The notes under the pieces were generated by a model. It did no database searches. It was not told where the DNA came from and saw only the letters and a program-made list of their open reading frames with translations. Shown here piece after piece: positions 18,311-27,134 of a stretch of DNA of 64,000 nucleotides (its first letter is position 1; the number at the start of each line of letters is the position of its first letter). The DNA is from a virus (Duplodnaviria; Caudoviricetes): the IMG/VR virus record IMGVR_UViG_3300037418_003152, positions 5,271 to 69,270 of that record; one strand, given 5' to 3'. The translations under genes were made by a program, and so were the position numbers.

Positions 18311-19684
18311 TCAGAGCGTCGAGACGACGTTGCGCAGGCGACCGACGAACTTCGGGGCCCGCAGCGCCAGGCAGGTGTCCGTGGCCAGGGCGAACGGGAG
18401 CTGGTCGGGGCTCGCGGTGGTGGGGTAGATCTGCAGCGGCGTCACGTCGCGGACGTAGGGGCGCAGCAGGATGTCGGGGTCGCGAGGGATCAGGTAGATG
18501 TCCTCGCCGCCGCCGATGCGCGGCTTCTGCGAGCCGCCGCCGACGTAGGCCGCGACCGGGTTGACCGGCGCGGTGGCCCCGTTCATCGGGATGAGCGTGG
18601 CCCCGGTGTCGATGATCGAGGTGGCGTAGACCGGGGTGATGCCGTCGCCGGTCACGCCGACCACGGCGTCGACGATGCCCAGCAGCGTCTCCGCGCCCGC
18701 CGCGGTGCCGCGGTAGACCCGGTAGGACTGCGGGGCGGCGCCTTCCATGCCCTGCGGGGTGGCGAAGCTCAGCGTGACCGTCGAGGTGCTGCCCGTGGTG
18801 ACCTGGGAGACCTCGGTCGAGGGGAGCAGCGTGCCCGCGCGGGCCATCACCGGCTCGATCACGTAGTAGTAGGTGCCGGCCGCGAGCGAGCCGCCGGTGG
18901 TGGCGGTCGCGGCGGTGACCACGCCCATCTGGGTCGCCAGCCGCGAGGACAGGAAGCTGGACTTGATCAGCGGGATGTCGCGGTAGGCGGTGACGTTCAG
19001 GCCCGCGGCGACCTCGGTCTCGCCGAGGAACCGCTGCAGCGGGGTCTCGTACTGCGCGATCTTCGCCGCCGCGGTGGAGCTCATCACGAACATCCACTGG
19101 TCGTTGAAGATGGGCATCGCGGAGTTGGACTCCACCATGTCGATCAGCAGGTCAAGGTGGCGCAGCGCCAGCGAGGCGCCGGCGACGTCGAGCGCGTTCT
19201 GCGGGTTCTGCGCGGTGGACGCGAACTGGCTGACCATGACGTCGAGGCCGTCGAACTGCGGCCACGGGCCGTTCTGGGTCGCGGCCGCGGAGCCCCACAG
19301 CATCGCCTGCTCGATGTCCCAGAGCAGACCCTGCATGCAGGACGCGATCTCCTGCGCGCGCAGGTCGCCGATCTGGTCGCGGGTGACCTCCTGGGCGAAC
19401 CCGGTCACGCCGCCGACGCTCTGGAGCAGCTTGATGACGAACTGGAACTGCTCGTAGACGCTGTTGCCCATCGGCCGGGCGCCGCCGTCGGTCACGAACC
19501 CGCCCGGGGCCCGGTAGGTGCGGCGGTTGAAGTAGTACGTGGTCGAGCTGATCTTCTTGGTCGGGGTGACGCGGATCAGCGGGGAGTAGCGCCGCTGGTA
19601 CTCCAGCAGCAGCGGGTCGATGACCTTCTGGATCAGGGCGGGAACGCCTGCGGCGGTCAACGCCTCGTCGAGCTCGGTAGCCAT
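18311..19684 (-). CDS. Major capsid protein (HK97 fold) with an inserted beta-sandwich domain
   Basis: RBS AAGGAG; after protease/scaffold; DIEQAMLWG, QFDGL motifs; internal GSLAAGTYYYVI...YRVYRGT segment. Confidence 0.85.
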   Translation of the reverse strand: MATELDEALTAAGVPALIQKVIDPLLLEYQRRYSPLIRVTPTKKISSTTYYFNRRTYRAPGGFVTDGGARPMGNSVYEQFQFVIKLLQSVGGVTGFAQEVTRDQIGDLRAQEIASCMQGLLWDIEQAMLWGSAAATQNGPWPQFDGLDVMVSQFASTAQNPQNALDVAGASLALRHLDLLIDMVESNSAMPIFNDQWMFVMSSTAAAKIAQYETPLQRFLGETEVAAGLNVTAYRDIPLIKSSFLSSRLATQMGVVTAATATTGGSLAAGTYYYVIEPVMARAGTLLPSTEVSQVTTGSTSTVTLSFATPQGMEGAAPQSYRVYRGTAAGAETLLGIVDAVVGVTGDGITPVYATSIIDTGATLIPMNGATAPVNPVAAYVGGGSQKPRIGGGEDIYLIPRDPDILLRPYVRDVTPLQIYPTTASPDQLPFALATDTCLALRAPKFVGRLRNVVSTL

Positions 19685-19704
19685 TCCGGGGGCTCCTTGG
19701 GCAG

Positions 19705-19728
19705 AAAAAAACCCCCGGCGCGGGGGCT
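19705..19728 (-). terminator. Intrinsic terminator-like hairpin + T7 just upstream of the capsid RBS
   Basis: Minus strand AGCCCCCGCGCCGGGGGTTTTTTT. Confidence 0.65.
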
Positions 19729-19821
19729 GGCGGATAGGACGGAACTGCCAGGGCGGTGCGGAGCCAGGGGTGGTGTGTGCTGCCGGCCGGATGCGGCCGG
19801 GGTAGTGGGGTCAGGCGCGGG

Positions 19822-21405
19822 TCACTGGTCGGTGAAGACCGGGCCCCATGCCGCCGCGGCGCGGCGGGCGAACTCCTCGGGGGAGAGCTTGTGCAGCGGC
19901 GTCGCCTCGGGGTCGTCGACCTTGGCGGCGGCCTCGACCAGGCCGCGGCGCGGCGGCGGGCCGTAGGCCTCGAGCATCTGCTTGCGCAGCGTGTCGGTGG
20001 CCGCCTCGACGGCCGCGTTGACCCGCTGCGCGACGTCGGCCTCGGTGAGCCCAGCGGCCGGCGCGGGCGCGGCGGCCTCGGTGGCCGGGGTGGTCGCGGC
20101 GGGCGCGTTCTCGGCCGGCTCGGTGGCCGCCGGGGCGGGCGGGGCGATCTTGGCGGCCAGCGCGGTGGCGATCGCGTCGACGTCGGCCGCGTTCAGCGTC
20201 GGCGCGACGGCGGCGGGAGTGGGCTCGGCGGCGTCCTCGGTGGCGGCGCCACCGGCAGCGGCACCCTCGGGCGCCTCGGAGGCCGGCGCGGTCTCGGTGG
20301 TCTCGGCGGGCGCGCCCCCGGCGGGGTCGTCCTTCGGGGTCTTCTCGGACACGGTGTTCTCCTTGTCAGCGGCATCGGCCGCCTCGGTGTCGTCGACGGC
20401 AGCCAGGGAGGTGCCGCAGGCGGGGCAGAACATGGCGCCGTCCGGGAGGCCGGCGTTGCAGGAGGGGCACTGGCCGACGGTGTCGCCGTCGGGCAGGTCC
20501 AGGTCGTCGTCGTTGTCGGGGTCCAGGACGCGCAGCGCGGCGTCGTAGGCCTTGCCGAGCTGGGTGGCCGCGGCGGCGACGTCGTCGTTGGACAGGCCCC
20601 AGGCGTCGATGTCGATGTCGACGGGGCCCTGCCAGCCCGAGACCGCGACGTGGGCCTCGCGGACCTTGGCGAGCATCGCGTCGTAGCGCTCGCGGGCCTG
20701 CTCGGTGGTCTCGGTGGTCTCGGTCTCCTGGGTCTGTGCGTCATCGCCCGTCGCGTCGCCCGTCTCGGTGGCGGCCTCGGTGGCGGCCTGCGCGGCCGGG
20801 CTGCCGGGGCGCGGCGGGACGGCCGCGGGCGTCGGCGTGCTCGTGGTGTGCACGAGCCGGGAGTCGGACATGACGGAGACCTCCACGGACTCGGTGATCG
20901 GGGTACGGGCGTCGGACTCGGTGGTGGTGCGCGAGGTGCCGGTGATCCGGGCCGCGGCGACGCCGGGGGACTTGGTGAAGTCGATGCCGTCGATCTCCAG
21001 GTCGTCGCCGGTCTCGCACATCACGCCGTCGACCTCGACGCGGCGCACCGGGCCGAGCCACCAGCCGCGGATGGACACCGCGTCGAGCACCCGGCGCCCG
21101 TCGGGGCCGGGTTCGATCGCGGAGGCGATGTCGCGTCCGGCGGCGGTGTCGATGAGGTAGCCGTGCAGCCGGGCCCGGTGGGTCTGGGGGTCCAGCTCGG
21201 CGGTGACGACCCGGGCGCACAGCTCCTTGGAGTCGTCGCCGGCGGCGTGGTGGGACAGCATCGTGACCGGCAGCGCCTCGGGGTCGGCGAGGCGCGCGAC
21301 GAGCCGGTTGTAGGCCTTCTCGATGATCTCCGCGGTGTAGAGCCGGTTGTTCGCGCTGACGCCCGGCGCGAGGAACCAGGACTCGATGGTGCCGATCACG
21401 GCCAT
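19822..21405 (-). CDS. Prohead protease-scaffold fusion with a zinc ribbon
   Basis: NNRLYTAE, SHH, VSIRG, GIDFTKSPGVAAA protease-like N-terminus; CPSC...FCPACG ribbon; A/P/E-rich scaffold. Confidence 0.75.
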   Translation of the reverse strand: MAVIGTIESWFLAPGVSANNRLYTAEIIEKAYNRLVARLADPEALPVTMLSHHAAGDDSKELCARVVTAELDPQTHRARLHGYLIDTAAGRDIASAIEPGPDGRRVLDAVSIRGWWLGPVRRVEVDGVMCETGDDLEIDGIDFTKSPGVAAARITGTSRTTTESDARTPITESVEVSVMSDSRLVHTTSTPTPAAVPPRPGSPAAQAATEAATETGDATGDDAQTQETETTETTEQARERYDAMLAKVREAHVAVSGWQGPVDIDIDAWGLSNDDVAAAATQLGKAYDAALRVLDPDNDDDLDLPDGDTVGQCPSCNAGLPDGAMFCPACGTSLAAVDDTEAADAADKENTVSEKTPKDDPAGGAPAETTETAPASEAPEGAAAGGAATEDAAEPTPAAVAPTLNAADVDAIATALAAKIAPPAPAATEPAENAPAATTPATEAAAPAPAAGLTEADVAQRVNAAVEAATDTLRKQMLEAYGPPPRRGLVEAAAKVDDPEATPLHKLSPEEFARRAAAAWGPVFTDQ

Positions 21406-21464
21406 GGTCGGCCCCCCGATCTGGTGGCTCAGCCCCGCACCGGATACGCCCGGCCGGGGTGCGG

Positions 21465-21470
21465 TATAAA
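21465..21470 (+). promoter_or_regulatory. Putative -10 element (TATAAA) for the plus-strand insert
   Basis: TATAAA about 20 nt upstream of ORF 21493 in a high-GC background. Confidence 0.4.
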
Positions 21471-21492
21471 CCGTGTGTGATGCCCACGATGG

Positions 21493-22035
21493 GTGGGACC
21501 TTTAATGGCGGTGGTCGTCGTGAAGCGATGGGCGAAATACACGCTTGTGGGGGTAGCTGGGCTGTTCGTCCTGGGCGGGATCGCGTACGCGGTCGACCCG
21601 CCCGCGCCCGCGCCCGCGGTGGCCACGGGCTCACCCGCGCCCACCCAGCCACCCACCCAGCCGCCGCCCACCCAGGCACCCGCGGGTGCGCCCGCGGCCC
21701 CGGTGGCCCCGGCACCCGAGCCCGCGCCCGCGGCACCCGCGGCTGAGCACGACCGTGAGCAGTGCCGGGTGACCGGGATGAACGGCGGGGTCTTCTACAT
21801 CACGATCGCCAGCGCGGCCGCGCACGACTTCTCCGCGTGCGAGGGTGCGGAGCAGATGACCCCGAACATCGACTCGCTGCTGGACAACCCCGGCATGGAC
21901 AGGCGCTGCCTGACCGAGACCTCGCAGGACGTCGAGCTCTACAACGCCTTGATCGGGGTCTACTCCGACACCAAGAAGGCCAACCTGGCCGCGGCCAAGG
22001 ACTGGTGCGACTCGGCCGGATTCGGCAACGAGTGA
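21493..22035 (+). CDS. Membrane-anchored exported protein, antisense to the head operon (moron-like)
   Basis: N-terminal TM, Pro-rich linker, 4-Cys globular C-domain. Confidence 0.7.
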   Translation: MGPLMAVVVVKRWAKYTLVGVAGLFVLGGIAYAVDPPAPAPAVATGSPAPTQPPTQPPPTQAPAGAPAAPVAPAPEPAPAAPAAEHDREQCRVTGMNGGVFYITIASAAAHDFSACEGAEQMTPNIDSLLDNPGMDRRCLTETSQDVELYNALIGVYSDTKKANLAAAKDWCDSAGFGNE

Positions 22036-22065
22036 GCGTCGGGGCCCGGCGCTACCGTCGCGGCC

Positions 22066-22245
22066 ATGGCCACCCACCCCTGTGACCACCCGGACTACCT
22101 GCTCGAGGAGACCCGGATCCGCGGCGTGGACGCCTGCTGGTGCGGGGCGCTGGTGCTGACCGGGCCGCCCGCCACCCGGGTGGTCCTCGCCCCGTCGAGC
22201 GCGACGACCCCGGCCCCGGAGCGCGGGCGCGTCAGCTCGGGGTGA
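22066..22245 (+). CDS. Small hypothetical protein (59 aa)
   Basis: Manual ORF MATHPCDHPDYLLEETRIRGVDACWCGALV...; not in the track. Confidence 0.4.
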   Translation: MATHPCDHPDYLLEETRIRGVDACWCGALVLTGPPATRVVLAPSSATTPAPERGRVSSG

Positions 22246-23497
22246 CCCAGCAGCGGCAGCCCCCGTGCGGGACGTCGGGCAGCTCGAACAGCTTCCACGG
22301 GCTCCGGGCCTGATAGTCCTCGCAGGTGCTGCACGCGCCTTCGGCCATGCAGTTCCACCACATCTCGGTCAGCCCGACGGTGTCGTAGAGCGACGCGGAG
22401 GCCTCCAGGTAGGTCTGGGAGACCTGCTGGTCGAGGTAGTACAGCGCCCCGGCGCCCCCGGCGATCAGCGCGACGACGGCCTCGTCGGTGACCGGGTGCT
22501 CGTCGGTGTGGCGGGCCAGCAGCGTCGCGAGGTCGCCGCCCATGCCGCCCTGCTGGGCCTCGATCCACTCGCGCGGGTCGAACGGGTCCGGCAGCGGGGA
22601 GTCGTCCGGGTCCACCGGGATGTCGCCCTGGGTCAGGGCGTGCGCGGCGGCCGCGGCACCGGCCAGCGCCGCGGCGGTGTGCGCGTCGCGCACCGCGGTC
22701 TGCCAGTCCAGGTCGACGCCAAGGATGCGGGCCTGACGGGCGATCTCGGCGGCCAGCACGGCGCGCACCTCGGCGGGGTCGACCTGCGGGTCGTAGGCCA
22801 GCCGCGCGGAGGTGACGTCGAACCCGTCGCCGAGCGCGGCGAGCACCGCCATCAGCGCGGCGCCGGCCGCGACGTGGGTGCGGTCGCGCTGGCGTGACAC
22901 CGCGACCAGCGCGGCCGCGGCGATCGCGGCCAGCTCCTCCTCGGTGGGCTCGCCGTCCGGGTCGGCTTCGGTGACCGCGGGCGCGGTCTCGGTGGCCGCG
23001 GCGCCCAGGGGCAGCTCGTGCCAGACCGAGCCGAGCGCGACGACGAGCCGGTCGAGGGTGACCGGGCCGGTGTGGTCGAGCGCGGCCGCGTCGAGCCCGT
23101 AGCCGGCGGTGGCGTGCGGAATCCACGGGGCGTGCTGCGCGGGCAGCTCGGCGCCGAGCACGGTGGCCGCGACGTCGACGACCTGGCGTTGCAGCGGCGC
23201 CAGGTCCGGGCAGTCTCCGACCAGGTGCACCGCGCACTGGTCCTCGGCGTCGCCGGGGGCGAACGTGGCGTGCCCGACCACCCGGGCCGACAGCGGGCCG
23301 GGCATGGCCGAGGCCAGCGCCCCGACCGCGGTGACCAGCTGGTCGGCGCGTTCGGCCGGCCAGCCGGTGACGTCGTCGCCGAGGTAGGCCAGGGTGAGGT
23401 GGATCTGGTCGAAGCGGTCCCCGCCGGGCACGGTCAGCGCCTGCGGGTCGGCGGGGAGCAGCGCGATCATGCCGCCGGTGTGCGGTCCGTCAGCCAC
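22232..23497 (-). CDS. 2H phosphoesterase fused to a MuF-like head morphogenesis domain
   Basis: Two HxT motifs (IHLTLAYLG; WIPHATAGY); C-terminal CSTC...PHGGCRC MuF/gp7-type motif; between portal and protease. Confidence 0.8.
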   Translation of the reverse strand: MADGPHTGGMIALLPADPQALTVPGGDRFDQIHLTLAYLGDDVTGWPAERADQLVTAVGALASAMPGPLSARVVGHATFAPGDAEDQCAVHLVGDCPDLAPLQRQVVDVAATVLGAELPAQHAPWIPHATAGYGLDAAALDHTGPVTLDRLVVALGSVWHELPLGAAATETAPAVTEADPDGEPTEEELAAIAAAALVAVSRQRDRTHVAAGAALMAVLAALGDGFDVTSARLAYDPQVDPAEVRAVLAAEIARQARILGVDLDWQTAVRDAHTAAALAGAAAAAHALTQGDIPVDPDDSPLPDPFDPREWIEAQQGGMGGDLATLLARHTDEHPVTDEAVVALIAGGAGALYYLDQQVSQTYLEASASLYDTVGLTEMWWNCMAEGACSTCEDYQARSPWKLFELPDVPHGGCRCWVTPS

Positions 23498-23921
23498 CGC
23501 TGCGCGAGCTCGACCGGCGCGGGGTCGCCTTCGGCGCCGGCTTGGCCTCGGCGCCGTCGGCGGGCACCGCGGACAGATTCGCGCTGCCCGCCTTGGCCGT
23601 GCGGCTGCGCGGCTTGGCCGCCGCGGGCTTGGCCAGCGCCTGGAGCGTTGTGGTCAGCGCGTCCCCGATGTACTCCCGGGTGGCCACGTGGTTCTTGTCG
23701 TCGACGTCGGCGGCCACCTGCGCTTCGACGCGCCCGGCGGCGATCTCGGAGTCGGTCACCCCGAGCCGCTCGAGGATCTGGTCGCGGGCCGCCTCGACCT
23801 GGGTGGTGATGTCGTCGCGGATCAGCCGGCGCAGCGTGACCGCGGCGAGCACCGTGGCCACGCCGACCAGCAGGATCGCGACGACCACGATGAGCAGGGA
23901 GATCAGGGGAGTCGGGTACAT
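23490..23921 (-). CDS. Single-TM membrane protein with a basic tail
   Basis: RBS GAAGGAG, ATG 23921 (MYPTPLISLLIVVV). Confidence 0.6.
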   Translation of the reverse strand: MYPTPLISLLIVVVAILLVGVATVLAAVTLRRLIRDDITTQVEAARDQILERLGVTDSEIAAGRVEAQVAADVDDKNHVATREYIGDALTTTLQALAKPAAAKPRSRTAKAGSANLSAVPADGAEAKPAPKATPRRSSSRSGG

Positions 23922-23953
23922 CGGGGCTCCTTCGCAGGTGTGGGGGGAGGGGG

Positions 23954-24781
23954 TCACCCGGAGCGGTGCGGGGTGACGAGGTACTGCCCGGCGCCGGTGC
24001 GGTGGCGGTGTCGGCCGCGCTGCAGGATCTGGTGGTAGATGTAGCGCTGGCGGTGCCGCAGCAGCATCCAGTGGTAGCGGTGGTGGAACGTGTGCTCGTG
24101 GCGTGCGGAGTGCACGCGGGTGTAGCGCCCCACGGTCTTGGCCCGGGACGGGCCGAAGTGGCGCAGCTTGAATGCGGGGCGGGCCGAGCGGGCCGCGGAG
24201 ACGGTCGCGGTGTGGCGCACGCTGGCGCGCCGCAGCCGGGCCTTGATCGCGGCCGGGGTCTGTGACCGGGTGCCGCCGCGGCCGGCGACCACCGGGCGGC
24301 GTGACCCGACGGGCCGACCATGCGCGGCCGAGCGGGCGCGGGCCAGGTTGCGGATCGCCGCGGCCTTCTGCGCGGCGGTACGGGGGCGGCCCCGGGCCAC
24401 CACCCTTGCCCGGGCCAGGTTTGCGCGCGACGCGGCCACCTGGGCCGCCGTACGGGGCCGCCCACGCTCCGCGGCGCGGGCCTTGGCCAGGTTCGCGCGG
24501 GAGGCCGCGAGCTGAGCCGCGGACCGGGGGCGGGTGCGCGCGACCACGCGGGCCCGGGCCAGGTTCGCCCGCGACGCGGCGAGCTGCGCGGGAGTGCGGG
24601 GACGGGTCCGGGCCACGGCGCGGGCCTTGGCCAGCGCCGCGCGGGAGGCGGCGAGCTGCGCCGCGCTCCGCGGGCGGCTGCGGGCCGCGGCGCGGGCCTT
24701 GGCCAGGTTCGCCCGGGCCGCGGCGAGTTGGGCCGCGGTACGGGGGCGGCTGGGTGACTTCTTGCGAGTCGCCACAGCCAC
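23954..24781 (-). CDS. Extremely basic Arg/Ala-rich repeat protein (histone H1/protamine-like)
   Basis: Six 24-aa repeats, only two acidic residues in 275 aa, His-rich C-terminus; fills the gap between neighbouring genes. Confidence 0.7.
   Translation of the reverse strand: MAVATRKKSPSRPRTAAQLAAARANLAKARAAARSRPRSAAQLAASRAALAKARAVARTRPRTPAQLAASRANLARARVVARTRPRSAAQLAASRANLAKARAAERGRPRTAAQVAASRANLARARVVARGRPRTAAQKAAAIRNLARARSAAHGRPVGSRRPVVAGRGGTRSQTPAAIKARLRRASVRHTATVSAARSARPAFKLRHFGPSRAKTVGRYTRVHSARHEHTFHHRYHWMLLRHRQRYIYHQILQRGRHRHRTGAGQYLVTPHRSG
24320..24751 (-). repeat. Six 72-bp coding tandem repeats (RPR[T/S]AAQLAASRANLA[K/R]AR)
   Basis: Directly visible in translation and DNA. Confidence 0.9.
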
Positions 24782-24790
24782 CCCCGCACC

Positions 24791-24895
24791 TCAGCGGTAG
24801 ATGACCTTCCGGACCAGCACCGCCGCCTTGTCCGCCGTCATCGGGCCCGAGGGGCCCGGCGCGGGCGGTGGCGGCGGCGCCGGCTGGTCGGCCAT
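24791..24895 (-). CDS. Micro-ORF (34 aa) MADQPAPPPPPAPGPSGPMTADKAAVLVRKVIYR
   Basis: TGATG overlap with upstream stop; fills the gap exactly. Confidence 0.5.
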   Translation of the reverse strand: MADQPAPPPPPAPGPSGPMTADKAAVLVRKVIYR

Positions 24896-25542
24896 CAGCT
24901 GGTGGTGGTGTCAGCCGAGCCGGTGCCCGAGCCGTCGGCCGGGGCCGCGACCGAGGTGTCGGTGGCCTGGGCGTCGGTGGCCGGGGCCGCGCCGGTGTCA
25001 GCGGCCGAGGCGTCGGCGGATGCCTCGGAGGTGCTGGCGGAGGCGTCGTCGGCGGACACGGTGGTCACCTCGCCCCCGGTCGGGGCCGAGGGCAGCGGGT
25101 CCTGCGCACCGGTGCCGGTGTCGCTGGACGGGGCCGCCACGTCGCCCGCGGCGGCGGGCGCCGACGGGTCCGCGACGTTGGTGTCCGCGGCCGGGGGCAC
25201 CACCGCCGGGGCGGTCGGGGTGTACGCGGAGACCGTGTCGCGCAGGTTCTGCACGAGCACGGTGAGCCGGTTGTGGCCGTCGACGAGCTCCTGGTGCTCG
25301 CCGGGCTCGGCGTTCGCGGCCGCGGTCAGGGTGTCGATCTGCTGCTTCTGCGCAGACAGCTCGGACTCGACCTCGTTGAGCAGGCCCTCAAGTGCGCCGA
25401 TGTCATCGCTGATGAAACTCATGACCCTCTCCATCTCCTGTCGGAGTCGGCCGATCCGGTGCCGGAAGTCGGCGCTGATGTCCTGCACGAGCCCGGAGAC
25501 CCGTGCACGTTCCTCGTAGAACTCCTCGCGCGTGACGTGCAT
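24895..25542 (-). CDS. Coiled-coil protein with a low-complexity acidic tail
   Basis: TGATG coupling to the portal stop. Confidence 0.6.
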   Translation of the reverse strand: MHVTREEFYEERARVSGLVQDISADFRHRIGRLRQEMERVMSFISDDIGALEGLLNEVESELSAQKQQIDTLTAAANAEPGEHQELVDGHNRLTVLVQNLRDTVSAYTPTAPAVVPPAADTNVADPSAPAAAGDVAAPSSDTGTGAQDPLPSAPTGGEVTTVSADDASASTSEASADASAADTGAAPATDAQATDTSVAAPADGSGTGSADTTTS

Positions 25543-27134
25543 CAGTCCTCCTGAGCTGCGCCGGCGGCGACGAGACGCCGGTAGTGCTCGGTGACCCGGG
25601 CCCGGTACCGGCGGGCGGTCTCAGTGCTCGGGGCGGGCGCCTTGGCGGTGCGGGTGCCCGCCGCCGACGGGGGAGGAGACGCCGGCGACGGGCCTTTCTT
25701 CGGCGGGGCGGCCGAATCTTGATCGGCCCCGGCGCCGTCGTCGGCGGCGTCGGGGTCGTCTGGGTCGGGCTGGCCTGGATCGGGCGGGCCCGGATCGGGA
25801 GGCACCAGAGAATCGATCTTGGCTTGGGACAGGTCGGCGATCTGCTCCCACAGCACGAGGTTCTGCCGGTCGATCAGCACGTGGACATCCCCGGCGGGGC
25901 CGATGGTCGGCTTGCCGATCTCGGCGAGGTAGTCGTTGAGCGTCCAGGACCCGTTGTGCAGCCGCATGTCGCGGATGTCCTCGACCACCTTGTCGTCGCG
26001 CCAGTCGACCTCGGCGAAGACGATCTCCCAGCCCTCGATCTTGAAGGCCTCGCGGGTGAGGGCGAAGTTCAGCTTCTCCAGCAGGATCTGCTCGATCGGC
26101 CCGCAGGTGTTGACCTTGAAGGTCTTGTCCTGCGAGGTGCCGGTGCCGCCGCCGATGTTGCCCGAGTCGATGACGCCGACCTTCGCGGGCGGCACCCCGG
26201 CCTCGGACAGGATCGTGTCGCGGCAGGAGTCCTGGATCGCGAGGTAGTCGCCGATCTTGCCCAGGCCCAGCTCGTTGAGCGTGGCGCCGCCGCGGGTGGT
26301 GATCGGGTTGCCGATGTTGGCGGTGCCCAGGTTGCGCACCGAGTACTGGCCGCGCCAGGCGCGCACCTCGTCGGGCTGAACCTCCAGCGGGAAGTCCATG
26401 TGGATGTGCGGCGGGTCGCCCTTGCGCATCGTCTCCTTGATGCACGCCGCGGTGAACAGCCAGATCGTGACCGGCAGCAGCGCCTTCTGCGCGATGCCCA
26501 TCCCGTAGAGCGACCCCTTCGGGGCGTCCATCGAGATGTGGATGATCTGGTGCGGCTCGAAATGCACCTCGCGGGAGTCGATCGCCTGGTCGTAGCCCAG
26601 GACGACGCCGTGCTCGTCGGCGTCCACGGTCATCGTCGCCGGGTCGAGCGGGTAGAGCGCCACGGGCAGCCCGAGCAGCCACACCACCTCGATGAACGCG
26701 TCCCCGTAGATGCCCATGTCGGTCACCGAGCCGCGCAGCAGCTGGATGATGTCCATGTGCGGGTTGCAGAACCGCAGCAGGTTCTGCAGCGCCCGGACCT
26801 GCTTGGGCGGGTTGTCCGGGGAGACGTCGCCCTGGGCCTCGGAGGTGGGCAGCACCTGCAGCCCGCCCGCGGTGACGGTGCGCGCGATCGCGTCGATCGG
26901 CGCCGACAGCCACGGACACCCGGTGTAGGCGACGTACAGGCTGGTCATGAACGCGGCCCGGCCGTCGGGGTAGTCCCCGCCGGGGTTGAGCTTGTTCGCC
27001 CCGCCGAAGGGCACGTCGGAGTCGAAACCCATCCGGGCGGCGGCGGTGGCCATCTGGGACGGCGCCGGGGCCGGCGCCAGCTCGGTGATCGCGGACTCGT
27101 AGAGCGGGGCGATGGTTCCCGCGGAGGTGAGCAT
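25542..27134 (-). CDS. Portal protein
   Basis: YGDAFIEV, LYPLDPATM, FEPHQIIHI, GVPPAKVG, WTLNDYLAEIGKP motifs (HK97-like portal). Confidence 0.92.
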   Translation of the reverse strand: MLTSAGTIAPLYESAITELAPAPAPSQMATAAARMGFDSDVPFGGANKLNPGGDYPDGRAAFMTSLYVAYTGCPWLSAPIDAIARTVTAGGLQVLPTSEAQGDVSPDNPPKQVRALQNLLRFCNPHMDIIQLLRGSVTDMGIYGDAFIEVVWLLGLPVALYPLDPATMTVDADEHGVVLGYDQAIDSREVHFEPHQIIHISMDAPKGSLYGMGIAQKALLPVTIWLFTAACIKETMRKGDPPHIHMDFPLEVQPDEVRAWRGQYSVRNLGTANIGNPITTRGGATLNELGLGKIGDYLAIQDSCRDTILSEAGVPPAKVGVIDSGNIGGGTGTSQDKTFKVNTCGPIEQILLEKLNFALTREAFKIEGWEIVFAEVDWRDDKVVEDIRDMRLHNGSWTLNDYLAEIGKPTIGPAGDVHVLIDRQNLVLWEQIADLSQAKIDSLVPPDPGPPDPGQPDPDDPDAADDGAGADQDSAAPPKKGPSPASPPPSAAGTRTAKAPAPSTETARRYRARVTEHYRRLVAAGAAQED

